DNA from: Candidatus Saccharimonadota bacterium
Lineage (GTDB): Bacteria; Patescibacteriota; Saccharimonadia; Saccharimonadales; Saccharimonadaceae
DNA: 41,170 nt
Direction: 5' to 3'
NCBI GenBank assembly: GCA_024402845.1
Contig: JAKSSY010000001.1
Coordinates: 1-41,170, forward strand
Numbering within the stretch: position 1 is the first letter of the stretch; each line of letters starts with the position of its first letter. Below the pieces are notes generated by a model that did not search any database, was not told where the DNA came from, and worked only from the letters and a program-made list of their open reading frames with translations. Positions 32,981 through 41,120 of the stretch are shown in pieces. Both the position numbers and the translations under genes were made by a program.

Positions 32981-34111
32981 CTACTTTTTCCTTAATACTA
33001 TTATTTGACGCGCAACGATTTGGTCCTCTCTGTAATACAAGAGGTCATCGTAAGACGCATAACGATACTTTATGGCATTATAGCCCAATTTCTCAATTTC
33101 GTCAAGGATATTTACCCCTTGATAAGAGCCGTCCGGGCGCTTCCATGCAGGGGTGGCAAGAGCGAGCTGTGCACCGGCAGGAATTTGGCCTGATAGATTC
33201 TTAAGAAAAGCAGTGAGGAGATTCTTTGCGTCGCCCTGAAGCTCGCGTAGCTTGACCTCTGCTGGTGGATTCGAAAGAGGGTGGCCGAGGTAGATTTCGG
33301 ATGCGATGAAGTCTACTGGCGCTTGCCATTTGTGATCTGTGGCGTCGCCGGCTTCTAGGCGAAGTTTTGGTGCGCCTTGTTTTTGGAGTTTTGGCGTGCG
33401 ACCAGTGATCCAATCGAGGTTTTTCTGGGAATATTGAATCATTTTTTCGGATAGATCAGTGCCGTAGGCAGAGTAACCCATAAGCACGCTTTCCTGAAGA
33501 ATGACACCGGTGCCACAGAATGGATCGAGGACGGTGCCGGATTTGGCGCCGGATGTAGCAAGATTAATAAGAATCTGCGCTAGCTTTGGTGGTAGCATGC
33601 CGACAAAAGCATCGCGGGCAGGGCGGGCCTGATCGCGTTTTGCGTATGACGTGATGTTTTGTGTGCCGATAGAAACGGCGGTGTATTTGCTGTATTTGAT
33701 GATTTCGATATGATTGACCTTTTCGCCAAGCTGATTGTGGTGAGAAGTGGCGGAAGGAAGAACTGGACTTTTGCCATTAGGAACAAGGCGGACATTGCGA
33801 CCGTGGCGCTTTAGCATGTTCTTGTATTTGAGAGCGAGCTCCCAGGTTTTGCGCGGGTTGGCATGCTCGGAATAATCTGAGATACCGAGGGTGATTTTGC
33901 CCTCTGGTAGATTCGATAGGTAATCCTGAACTGGTTCATCGATGATGCGGGCGGCTTTGATAGTGCCACCAAGACGGTCTAGTTGGATAGAATGCGCATT
34001 TACGATTGCGAGATTAGGTCCGACCTGCTTTACTTTGCTGCTAGAAAAAAGCGCCTCAAGCTCGGCGAGGGAAAGTTTAGGCTCACGACCTAATACTAAT
34101 AGAAAATTCAT
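32981..34111 (-). CDS. Class I SAM-dependent RNA methyltransferase (TRM11/UPF0020-like), putative
   Basis: A 376-aa protein with the SAM motif I VLDPFCGTGVILQE. The acidic loop is YGTDLS. The exact substrate is not inferable. Confidence 0.7.
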   Translation of the reverse strand: MNFLLVLGREPKLSLAELEALFSSSKVKQVGPNLAIVNAHSIQLDRLGGTIKAARIIDEPVQDYLSNLPEGKITLGISDYSEHANPRKTWELALKYKNMLKRHGRNVRLVPNGKSPVLPSATSHHNQLGEKVNHIEIIKYSKYTAVSIGTQNITSYAKRDQARPARDAFVGMLPPKLAQILINLATSGAKSGTVLDPFCGTGVILQESVLMGYSAYGTDLSEKMIQYSQKNLDWITGRTPKLQKQGAPKLRLEAGDATDHKWQAPVDFIASEIYLGHPLSNPPAEVKLRELQGDAKNLLTAFLKNLSGQIPAGAQLALATPAWKRPDGSYQGVNILDEIEKLGYNAIKYRYASYDDLLYYREDQIVARQIIVLRKK

Positions 34112-34129
34112 ATGCTATAATTTTACCAT
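34112..34129. promoter_or_regulatory. 18-bp divergent intergenic region holding two overlapping extended -10 boxes
   Basis: The region reads cat|ATGCTATAATTTTACCAT|atg. On the plus strand it gives TGcTATAAT-N8-ATG(34130). On the minus strand it gives TGgTAAAAT-N8-ATG(34111). Coordinates are anchored on the ORF-track start positions. Confidence 0.5.
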
Positions 34130-35281
34130 ATGTTTAAGAAAATTTTGAGTTTCATAACTCTGTTGTTGGTGGCCTTTGTGGCTTGGAATGCCTTTACGGC
34201 AAGCTCTGGCGTGGAATTAACTCCGGAAGTGGCGCAGGTGTCGCCGCTCGCGTCAAAATTTACAAAAGTCGTAGATGATTCGGAATATCTAACTTTCCTT
34301 GGTGCGACGATATATTCGTTGAAGAACATCAATATCTGGGTTTTGCTTTTATTGATCCCAGAACAGATTATGATGTACTATGCGGCGGGGCAGATTTATT
34401 TTGCATTTTTGACACAGCGAAAGAGCTTCAAGATATCTCAGGGTAAGCTTACGCGTATTTCTTTGGAGATTAACTTCGTGAACCACGCTTTGCCGAGTGG
34501 CGGCGCGAGCGGTCTGGCGTATCTGATTTGGCGTCTAAAAGATTACAACGTATCGGCAGGGCAGATTAGCTTTATTCATATTTTGCGTTATGGCATCTGT
34601 GCGATTGGTAATGCATTGCAGACTGTAATTGCGATTATTATTGTGCTTGCGACGAATCAGGTGGAGCCGAGTGGTTATTGGGCACTAATCGTGGCGGCTG
34701 GTATTGCGCTAGGTATTATTGGCTTGATTATTGTGGCATGGTTGATTGTGCGCAAGCAGAAGAATATCGACTGGCTATCCGCTACGGCAACGAAGTTTAT
34801 TAATAAGGTTGTACGTAAGATTTCGCGCGGCAAGAAGCGCAAGTTCCTAAAGGAAGAAGACGTCGTAAAGTTCTTTGCCGATTTGCGCGAGGATTATCTA
34901 AACCTCAAGAAGAACCGTAGGATTTTGTGGAAGCCAATGATTTGGGGCTTGTTCTATTCATTCTTGGAGCTTGCTACTTATTGGGTGATTGGTTGTGCTT
35001 TGGGACATCCGGAGATTTTGCCACAGATTATGATTGCTGAGGGTCTTGGCAGTGTAGTCGGTACAGTAATGGTAACTCCTGGTGGCATGGGAGGCTATGA
35101 GGGCGCATTTGTGGCGTCTTTGGTAGCGACGGGCGTAGATTTCCAGATTGCGACAATTACGGTCGTTGTGACGCGCCTATTCGTGCTTGTAGGTACGATT
35201 GTGAGCGGTTGGGGCTTCTACCAGCAGGCTTTGATGTCTCGCGAAGATAAATTTGTTCTCCCGGACGAAAAGAAAGATTAG
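34130..35281 (+). CDS. Polytopic membrane protein, UPF0104/YbhN (LPG-synthase TM-like) family, tentative
   Basis: A 383-aa protein with about 8 TM segments and a basic loop RKISRGKKRKF. The family assignment is tentative. Confidence 0.6.
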   Translation: MFKKILSFITLLLVAFVAWNAFTASSGVELTPEVAQVSPLASKFTKVVDDSEYLTFLGATIYSLKNINIWVLLLLIPEQIMMYYAAGQIYFAFLTQRKSFKISQGKLTRISLEINFVNHALPSGGASGLAYLIWRLKDYNVSAGQISFIHILRYGICAIGNALQTVIAIIIVLATNQVEPSGYWALIVAAGIALGIIGLIIVAWLIVRKQKNIDWLSATATKFINKVVRKISRGKKRKFLKEEDVVKFFADLREDYLNLKKNRRILWKPMIWGLFYSFLELATYWVIGCALGHPEILPQIMIAEGLGSVVGTVMVTPGGMGGYEGAFVASLVATGVDFQIATITVVVTRLFVLVGTIVSGWGFYQQALMSREDKFVLPDEKKD

Positions 35282-35283
35282 CG

Positions 35284-36375
35284 ATGGAGCCGACGCAAGT
35301 TTATAGCGTATCGGATTTCCAAGCGGTTTGTAACCAGATTTTGGACAACGCTTTTACGGGTGTTGTAATTGAGGGCGAGGTTGCGAGCTTCAAGATTAAT
35401 CAAGGGAAGTTTGTATTCTTTGATTTGAAGGACGATCAGTCGAGCATTGGCTGTTTCATGCTGAAGTTTGCGCTGCGTTTTCCGCTAGAAGATGGAATGA
35501 AAGCGCGTGTTCGCGCTATACCAACGCTTACGAACTGGGGCCAGTTGTCTGTGACCGTACAGGCAATTATGCCGGTAGGTGAGGGGAGCCTAAAGAAGAG
35601 TTTTGAGCTTCTAAAGAAGAAGCTGACCGACGAGGGTCTGTTTGCGCCAGAAAAGAAGCGTCCACTGCCGGGGAATATTGTGAAGATTGGCGTGATTTCT
35701 AGTACGCAGGCGGCTGGCTATGCGGATTTCTGTAAGATTTTGAATGAACGCTGGGGTGGACTTGAGGTTCAGGTGGCGCATTGTCAGGTGCAGGGAATGG
35801 TAGCGGCGGATCAGATTATTAAGGCGCTAGCTTATTTTAATGAGCGCTCTGAGATGCAAGTAATTGCAGTGATTCGTGGCGGCGGTTCGGCGGATGACTT
35901 GGCCGTGTTTAATGACGAGGCGTTGGTGCGCGCGATTGCGGCATCGAAGATTCCGGTTATTACGGGAATTGGTCACGAAATCGACGAGAGTTTGTGTGAT
36001 TTGGCGGCTGATGTGGTGGCTTCTACGCCTTCAAATGCGGCGCAGATGCTGACGCGCGATCGTAGAGAGATTATTGATAGCATCCACGGCGACGTAAAAC
36101 GAATAAATAATTTATTCAATACGAAGGTGAATGAGGTAGTTGCTGCTAACAGGGATGAAATGCTACGTTTGGGTAAGGATATTGTTGTAAGAATTACAAC
36201 AATAGATAACGAAGTGAAGGCACAATGTAAAATTATAGAGCAATTAAATCCGGAAAGAGTACTCGAGCGTGGCTATGCGCTAATGAAAGGTGAAGTTGGC
36301 GTAGGTAATGTTGTAGAAATTACAACACATAAGCAGGAAATTAAGGCAAAAATAACAGAGGTAAAGGAGAGATAA
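35284..36375 (+). CDS. xseA: Exodeoxyribonuclease VII large subunit
   Basis: It has an N-terminal OB fold (VVIEGEVASFKINQGKFVFFDLKDDQSSIGCFM) and a catalytic core (GVISSTQAAGYADF, RGGGSADDL, GIGHEID). Confidence 0.88.
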   Translation: MEPTQVYSVSDFQAVCNQILDNAFTGVVIEGEVASFKINQGKFVFFDLKDDQSSIGCFMLKFALRFPLEDGMKARVRAIPTLTNWGQLSVTVQAIMPVGEGSLKKSFELLKKKLTDEGLFAPEKKRPLPGNIVKIGVISSTQAAGYADFCKILNERWGGLEVQVAHCQVQGMVAADQIIKALAYFNERSEMQVIAVIRGGGSADDLAVFNDEALVRAIAASKIPVITGIGHEIDESLCDLAADVVASTPSNAAQMLTRDRREIIDSIHGDVKRINNLFNTKVNEVVAANRDEMLRLGKDIVVRITTIDNEVKAQCKIIEQLNPERVLERGYALMKGEVGVGNVVEITTHKQEIKAKITEVKER

Positions 36376-36566
36376 TGGCAAAAAACGTTAGCGACAAGAT
36401 TTCTGAGCTAAAAACAGGGGTAGATTGGTTCTATTCTGACGATTTTAAGCTCGAAGAAGCGGGCGAAAAATACAAAGATTTAACAAAGCTCGCCAAGGAG
36501 ATTGAAAAAGATCTCGAAGAAATGAAAAATGAGATTAACGTAATAGCGGAGGATTTTAGTAAATAG
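36375..36566 (+). CDS. xseB: Exodeoxyribonuclease VII small subunit
   Basis: A 63-aa helical acidic protein. It overlaps the xseA stop by 1 nt (TAATG), which is the canonical xseA-xseB arrangement. Confidence 0.7.
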   Translation: MAKNVSDKISELKTGVDWFYSDDFKLEEAGEKYKDLTKLAKEIEKDLEEMKNEINVIAEDFSK

Positions 36567-36591
36567 GCGTAAACACTTGCGAAAACGCTTT

Positions 36592-36605
36592 TGCTAAAAT
36601 ATAAT
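36592..36605 (+). promoter_or_regulatory. Promoter -10 region (leaderless configuration)
   Basis: The sequence is TGcTAAAATATAAT, and TATAAT(36600-05)-N6-ATG(36612). TTGCGA at 36577-82 could be the -35. There is no SD. Confidence 0.5.
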
Positions 36606-36611
36606 TTAACC

Positions 36612-37415
36612 ATGGACCAGAATTATGGTGGGGCAGCCCCACAAAATCAGAACCCGGGGCCACAGATGCCTCCTGTAAATGCAATGCCAAATCCGGCAAT
36701 GCCACAGCAACCTATTCAAGCTATGCCTATAGCGCCAACGGCAGGACCGATTGCGCAACCTGGCGAAAAGAAAGGTTCAATCGTTGAGACGATTATTCTT
36801 GTAATTGTATGTTTGATTGCGGCTGGTGCGATTGTCGCAGCTGTTATCTTCTATATGAAGTGGGATGAGCTCAATACAGACTTTGAAATTCAGAAGAATG
36901 ATGCCGTAGCGACGGCTCAGAAAGAGCAAAAAGATCTCGACGAAGCAAACTTTACAGAACGCGAAAAACTCCCAACCCAGCAATTCACCGGTCCAAGTGA
37001 TTATGGTTCAATTTCCTTCTATCATCCAAAGACTTGGAGCATTTATGTTTCCTCCGACGGTACGCAGAACAGCGACTATGAGGCATATTTCTCGCCAGGT
37101 CAGGTAGATCCAATCGATTCCGATACATCTCGTTATGCGCTTCGCTTTATTATTAAGCACGAGCAGGCTGATGATGTAATGCGCGAATACCAGACTAAGG
37201 TAAATGATGGCGAGATGACTGCGAGCGTATTTAACGCTGGCAACGGTGCTTCCAAAGTGTCTGGTACGAAGTTTGAGGGTCAGATTGAAGACGAAATCAA
37301 CGGTATTGTTTTAGTTATCAAGGTCAACGATAAGACCGTACTCCTGCAGACGGACGCAGAAACCTTCCGCGCAGACTATGAAACTTTGATTGCTACTTTG
37401 CGTCGTAATTCTTAG
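36612..37415 (+). CDS. Single-pass membrane protein with P/Q-rich N-terminus (hypothetical)
   Basis: A 267-aa protein. The N-terminal 55 aa are rich in P, Q, M, A and N, followed by a TM helix (IVETIILVIVCLIAAGAIVAAVIFY). An extracytoplasmic domain of about 190 aa follows. Confidence 0.7.
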   Translation: MDQNYGGAAPQNQNPGPQMPPVNAMPNPAMPQQPIQAMPIAPTAGPIAQPGEKKGSIVETIILVIVCLIAAGAIVAAVIFYMKWDELNTDFEIQKNDAVATAQKEQKDLDEANFTEREKLPTQQFTGPSDYGSISFYHPKTWSIYVSSDGTQNSDYEAYFSPGQVDPIDSDTSRYALRFIIKHEQADDVMREYQTKVNDGEMTASVFNAGNGASKVSGTKFEGQIEDEINGIVLVIKVNDKTVLLQTDAETFRADYETLIATLRRNS

Positions 37416-37433
37416 TAGTGTAAAATAGGGGGC

Positions 37434-38132
37434 ATGGAGAGTGAGGTATTTGACGCTAGTTCTAGCGTAACTGTGGTTGCGCATGAGTTGAAAGCTCCTT
37501 TGAGCTTGACGCGTCAACTCGCTCTTTCTTTGGATTTTGAAGATTCGATTGAAGGGGCGCGCGAGGTTGGGCGCCAGATTGTTGCTACCTCTGAACGTGC
37601 CTTGCAACAGGTGAATGATTTAACGAGAATTGCGCGTCTTGATGATGCGCTGTTCGAGATGGAACCAGTAAATCCACGCGTAGTTTGCGACGAGGTGATT
37701 TCTGAGCTTTGGCAGCTATTTAGGTTTAATCGTCGCGAGATAGAGATCGAATATCGGAACAAGAGGCGTCTTGCGGTGGCAAATCGCCAGTTGCTGTATT
37801 CTGTGGTTTATAATTTTTGCCTTAACGCGATGAATTATAGTGGCGAGGATTTACCGAGTCGTATTTCGGTCTATGATAGGCAGAACAAGATTAGGATTGA
37901 TGTGCGCGACTTTGGCCCGACGGTGCCGACTAAGGTTTGGCGCGAGATTAAAGATGGCTTCGTGAAGAGGCCGGTAGATATTGCGATGCGTCCTGGTTCG
38001 AGCGGTTTAGGGCTTTATATTGCGGCGAAATTCGCCAATTACATGCATTCCGACTTTGGCTTAGTGCGTCATCGTGATGGTACGAGTTTCTATATCGATT
38101 TACCGATAAGTGGACAGTTGAGCTTGGTATGA
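37434..38132 (+). CDS. Minimal soluble histidine kinase (DHp + CA only, no sensor or TM domain)
   Basis: The H-box AHELKAPL starts at residue 16. The N-box is NFCLNAMNYS, G1 is VRDFGPTV and G2 is GSSGLGLYIA. TAAAAT lies 7 nt upstream of the ATG. Confidence 0.85.
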   Translation: MESEVFDASSSVTVVAHELKAPLSLTRQLALSLDFEDSIEGAREVGRQIVATSERALQQVNDLTRIARLDDALFEMEPVNPRVVCDEVISELWQLFRFNRREIEIEYRNKRRLAVANRQLLYSVVYNFCLNAMNYSGEDLPSRISVYDRQNKIRIDVRDFGPTVPTKVWREIKDGFVKRPVDIAMRPGSSGLGLYIAAKFANYMHSDFGLVRHRDGTSFYIDLPISGQLSLV

Positions 38133-38488
38133 TATTCGTAATAGACGATGATCGCGGGTGGGAGAACTACTACCGCAGGATTTTGAAGGGGCATGAGCTG
38201 GAGTTCTTCCACGACGGGATTGCTGCGATATCCGAGATGGATGTTGTAACGCCGGATTTCGTGATTTTGGACATTTTACTGGTGGGGCCGACCGGTTTTG
38301 CGGTCTTGAATGAGATGCGGAGCTATCCGGAGCTAGCGGAAGTTCCAGTGGCGATTATTTCGAGCGTGGCGATGAAAGATGAAATAGCACAGCAGTATGG
38401 CGTTGTGGCGGTATTAGATAAGAGCGAAATGGATCCGAGCGACTTATTAGCGCTCGCAAAGGAGTACGATGGCAAAAAATCCGCGTGA
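38129..38488 (+). CDS. Stand-alone receiver domain response regulator (CheY-like)
   Basis: A 119-aa protein with the acidic pocket VIDDD, the phospho-acceptor context FVILDILL, and a conserved VLDKS Lys. It overlaps the kinase stop (ATGA). Confidence 0.85.
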   Translation: MIFVIDDDRGWENYYRRILKGHELEFFHDGIAAISEMDVVTPDFVILDILLVGPTGFAVLNEMRSYPELAEVPVAIISSVAMKDEIAQQYGVVAVLDKSEMDPSDLLALAKEYDGKKSA

Positions 38489-39176
38489 TCTTAGGACGGA
38501 AGCGATTGTGCTGCGTCGGACCGATTATGGTGAAGCGGATAGGATTTTGCAGCTTTTGACGCCGGAGGGGAAGCGTAGCGTGATTGCAAAAGGGGTGCGC
38601 AAGGAGAAATCCAAATTGGCCGGCGGGATTGAGCTTTTTAGCGTGTCGGAAGTGGTAATTCATGAGGGGCATACGGAGCTCGGGATTTTGACCGGAGCAA
38701 AGTTAATGGAATATTATGACGCTTTTGTAAAAGATATTGAACTGATTGAGATGGGCGGCGCGATGATGCGCAGCGTGAGCGCGCGGGCGGAACAGGTGGA
38801 ATCGCCGGAATTTTACAAGATATTGAAGCAGTCGTTACAGGTGATGCAAAAGCATGCCGGCGAGGAGACGCGCTGGAAGGATATTTTGCGTGCGTGGTGG
38901 GGGATTAATTTGACGCGTGCGTCTGGGGAAGAAGTGAATTTGAAATTCGACACTGATGGCGAAAAATTGCTAGCGGATGGGCGTTATTATTGGGATGAAG
39001 AGCAGGCGGCGCTTGGCAAAGCAGCGGCGGGCAGGATTGGCGCGGATCATATAAAGATGATGCGCATTATGCAATCAATGCCGGCAGAAGTGTCGTTTAA
39101 AGTGCAGGGCGCAGATAAGCTAATCGACGAAGTACTTTACGTTGCGCGCTGTGCGGAAAAGATAACCAGTTTGTAG
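38469..39176 (+). CDS. recO: DNA repair protein RecO
   Basis: The N-terminal OB fold reads TEAIVLRRTDYGEADRILQLLTPEGKRSVIAKGVRKEKSKLAGGIELFS. It overlaps the receiver gene by 20 nt. Confidence 0.85.
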   Translation: MAKNPRDLRTEAIVLRRTDYGEADRILQLLTPEGKRSVIAKGVRKEKSKLAGGIELFSVSEVVIHEGHTELGILTGAKLMEYYDAFVKDIELIEMGGAMMRSVSARAEQVESPEFYKILKQSLQVMQKHAGEETRWKDILRAWWGINLTRASGEEVNLKFDTDGEKLLADGRYYWDEEQAALGKAAAGRIGADHIKMMRIMQSMPAEVSFKVQGADKLIDEVLYVARCAEKITSL

Positions 39177-39228
39177 TTATGCTCAAAAAGTGATATGATT
39201 AAATTCCCACTATTTGAGAAATAAACTG

Positions 39229-40125
39229 ATGGAAAAACAAGAATCATTTGAGAAGACTGCGGTTCGCGTGTCTTATGTAAGTATTATTAGTAATGCTGTT
39301 TTGACGGTATTGAAGCTTTTTGCGGGTATCTTTGCGAAGTCCTCCGCAATGATTTCCGATGCAATTCATTCTGCATCCGATGTACTTAGCAGTATTGTCG
39401 TAATTGTTGGCGTAAAAATTGCATCTAAAGAGTCCGACAAGAACCATCCATATGGTCATGAGAGATACGAGTCTGTAGCGGCTATTGTACTATCTGCCAT
39501 GTTGGGCGCCACGGGCCTTACGCTTGGTTATAATGCGGTCTTGAATCTTATTCGCGGTGATTATGTAGGCTCAGAGATTCCTGGCATTTTGGCGGCCGTA
39601 GCGGCGGTAATTTCTATTATCGTAAAGGAAGCGATGTATTGGTATACCCGCTACTATGCCAAGAAGATTGATAGCAATGCTTTGATGGCTGATGCGTGGC
39701 ATCATCGTAGTGACTCATTGTCTTCTATTGGTTCTTTGATTGGTGTTATGGGTGCTAGGATGGGTCTTGCGTGGTTTGATCCGGCTGCAAGCATTGTGAT
39801 TTGTTTGTTTATTTTAAAGGCGGCTTATGAGATTTTCTTCGATGCTGTTAATCAGATGGTTGATCATTCTTGTAGCGAGGATGTCGAGAAGGCGATTGTG
39901 AAATGCGCAAAGAAACATCCTCGTATGCTTGGTATCGAAAGACTTCGTACGCGTGAATTTGGTAATAAGATTTATGTAGATTTGCGTATCTATGCTGACG
40001 ATACTATCTCATTTGTTGAAAGTGACCAGATCGCGAAAGAGATCCATGATATGGTTGAGCAGGAATTTCCGAAGATTAAGCATATTAATGTAATGATGCG
40101 TCCAAAGACAGTTAAGAAGAAATAA
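39229..40125 (+). CDS. Cation diffusion facilitator (CDF) family metal efflux transporter
   Basis: The TM2 motif is HSASDVLSS and the TM5 motif is DAWHHRSDSLSS. A C-terminal cytoplasmic domain is present. The ATG at 39229 is preferred over the TTG at 39214. Confidence 0.85.
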   Translation: MEKQESFEKTAVRVSYVSIISNAVLTVLKLFAGIFAKSSAMISDAIHSASDVLSSIVVIVGVKIASKESDKNHPYGHERYESVAAIVLSAMLGATGLTLGYNAVLNLIRGDYVGSEIPGILAAVAAVISIIVKEAMYWYTRYYAKKIDSNALMADAWHHRSDSLSSIGSLIGVMGARMGLAWFDPAASIVICLFILKAAYEIFFDAVNQMVDHSCSEDVEKAIVKCAKKHPRMLGIERLRTREFGNKIYVDLRIYADDTISFVESDQIAKEIHDMVEQEFPKIKHINVMMRPKTVKKK

Positions 40126-40154
40126 AAAATCCCCGCTGGTTGCGGGGCTTTTTA
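40125..40154. terminator. Bidirectional intrinsic terminator
   Basis: The structure is AAAAAAT-CCCCGC-TGGTT-GCGGGG-CTTTTT, between convergent genes. Confidence 0.8.
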
Positions 40155-40178
40155 TTGCATTTGCTGTATGTCTGGTCG

Positions 40179-40880
40179 CTAGTCGTCGTTATGAATCTTG
40201 GCGATATCGACTTCCTTGCCGTTAACGACGAAGACGAACTTCTTGTCCATCCAGTCGGCAACCTTTGCAGGACCCTCGTAGGCGCCCTTCCATTCGGCGA
40301 AGCCGCGAAGGTCGAATCCCTCGTCGGTGTCGTAGCGCAAATAGAGCGCATCGTCGGTGATTTCGAAATCGACCTTGTTGATGAGTGCCTCCTGGGCGTA
40401 GATGGCGTCACTGATGACGATAACACGGGACTTGTCGACGTGAGTCTTGTCGGCGAAGAGTACCGCTGCATCGTAGATGTTGACGATCTCCTCGCGGCCG
40501 CTGTGACACTTGATGGCGTGGCAAATCAAATCGATTTCAGCCGGACATAACTCATCACTGAAGGAGCTCTCCAGGAAGAGTTTTGCGAGGCTAGCGCCAG
40601 TGTTAGCGTGATTGTCGTCGCCGAAGATGAGTCCGCAGTCGTGGAGAAGGGCAGCAACTTCAGTGAGCATGAGGGCACGCTCGCTGGTGATGCCGTAAGC
40701 CTTGACGAATGCGAGGGCAGTCTGGGTGACGCGAATCCAATGGACGAGGCCATGATGGCCTCCAAACTTTTGATGGTCTTTCGGGGTGAACCCGGTAATA
40801 TACTGATTCCACTGCTTAAATAGTGGATGCGCCATAACCTGGATAGGTACAGGCTCGGATTTGAGATTATTCTTGCACAT
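40179..40880 (-). CDS. HD domain phosphohydrolase (hypothetical substrate)
   Basis: It has H...HD...H...D spacing (GLVHWIRV, ALLHDCGL, CHAIKCHSG). The SD is GGGGAGG and a TGtTATAAT promoter lies upstream. Confidence 0.75.
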   Translation of the reverse strand: MCKNNLKSEPVPIQVMAHPLFKQWNQYITGFTPKDHQKFGGHHGLVHWIRVTQTALAFVKAYGITSERALMLTEVAALLHDCGLIFGDDNHANTGASLAKLFLESSFSDELCPAEIDLICHAIKCHSGREEIVNIYDAAVLFADKTHVDKSRVIVISDAIYAQEALINKVDFEITDDALYLRYDTDEGFDLRGFAEWKGAYEGPAKVADWMDKKFVFVVNGKEVDIAKIHNDD

Positions 40881-41004
40881 AAAAACTACCTCCCCTAGTT
40901 TCTTTTTTTATTGCACGATAATCGCAAAATGCAATTTTAAGGTACAATCCTTCTATTATAACATAAAATGCGTAAAAAATAAAGGCTTGGGAATTAACAG
41001 GGAA

Positions 41005-41035
41005 GGAAAAACCCCAAAAGTTACACTTTTGGGGG
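41005..41035 (-). terminator. Orphan minus-strand intrinsic terminator-like hairpin
   Basis: The minus strand reads CCCCAAAAGT-GTA-ACTTTTGGGG followed by TTTTT. It lies between the divergent HD and glyQS promoters, with no upstream minus-strand gene in the window. Confidence 0.4.
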
Positions 41036-41120
41036 AGTCCTATCTGAGGTGACGGCGTGCGATTGAGGGGGTTTGACGATTCGCCAAAAGATTGTAAATA
41101 AGATATAATAATAGATAATT

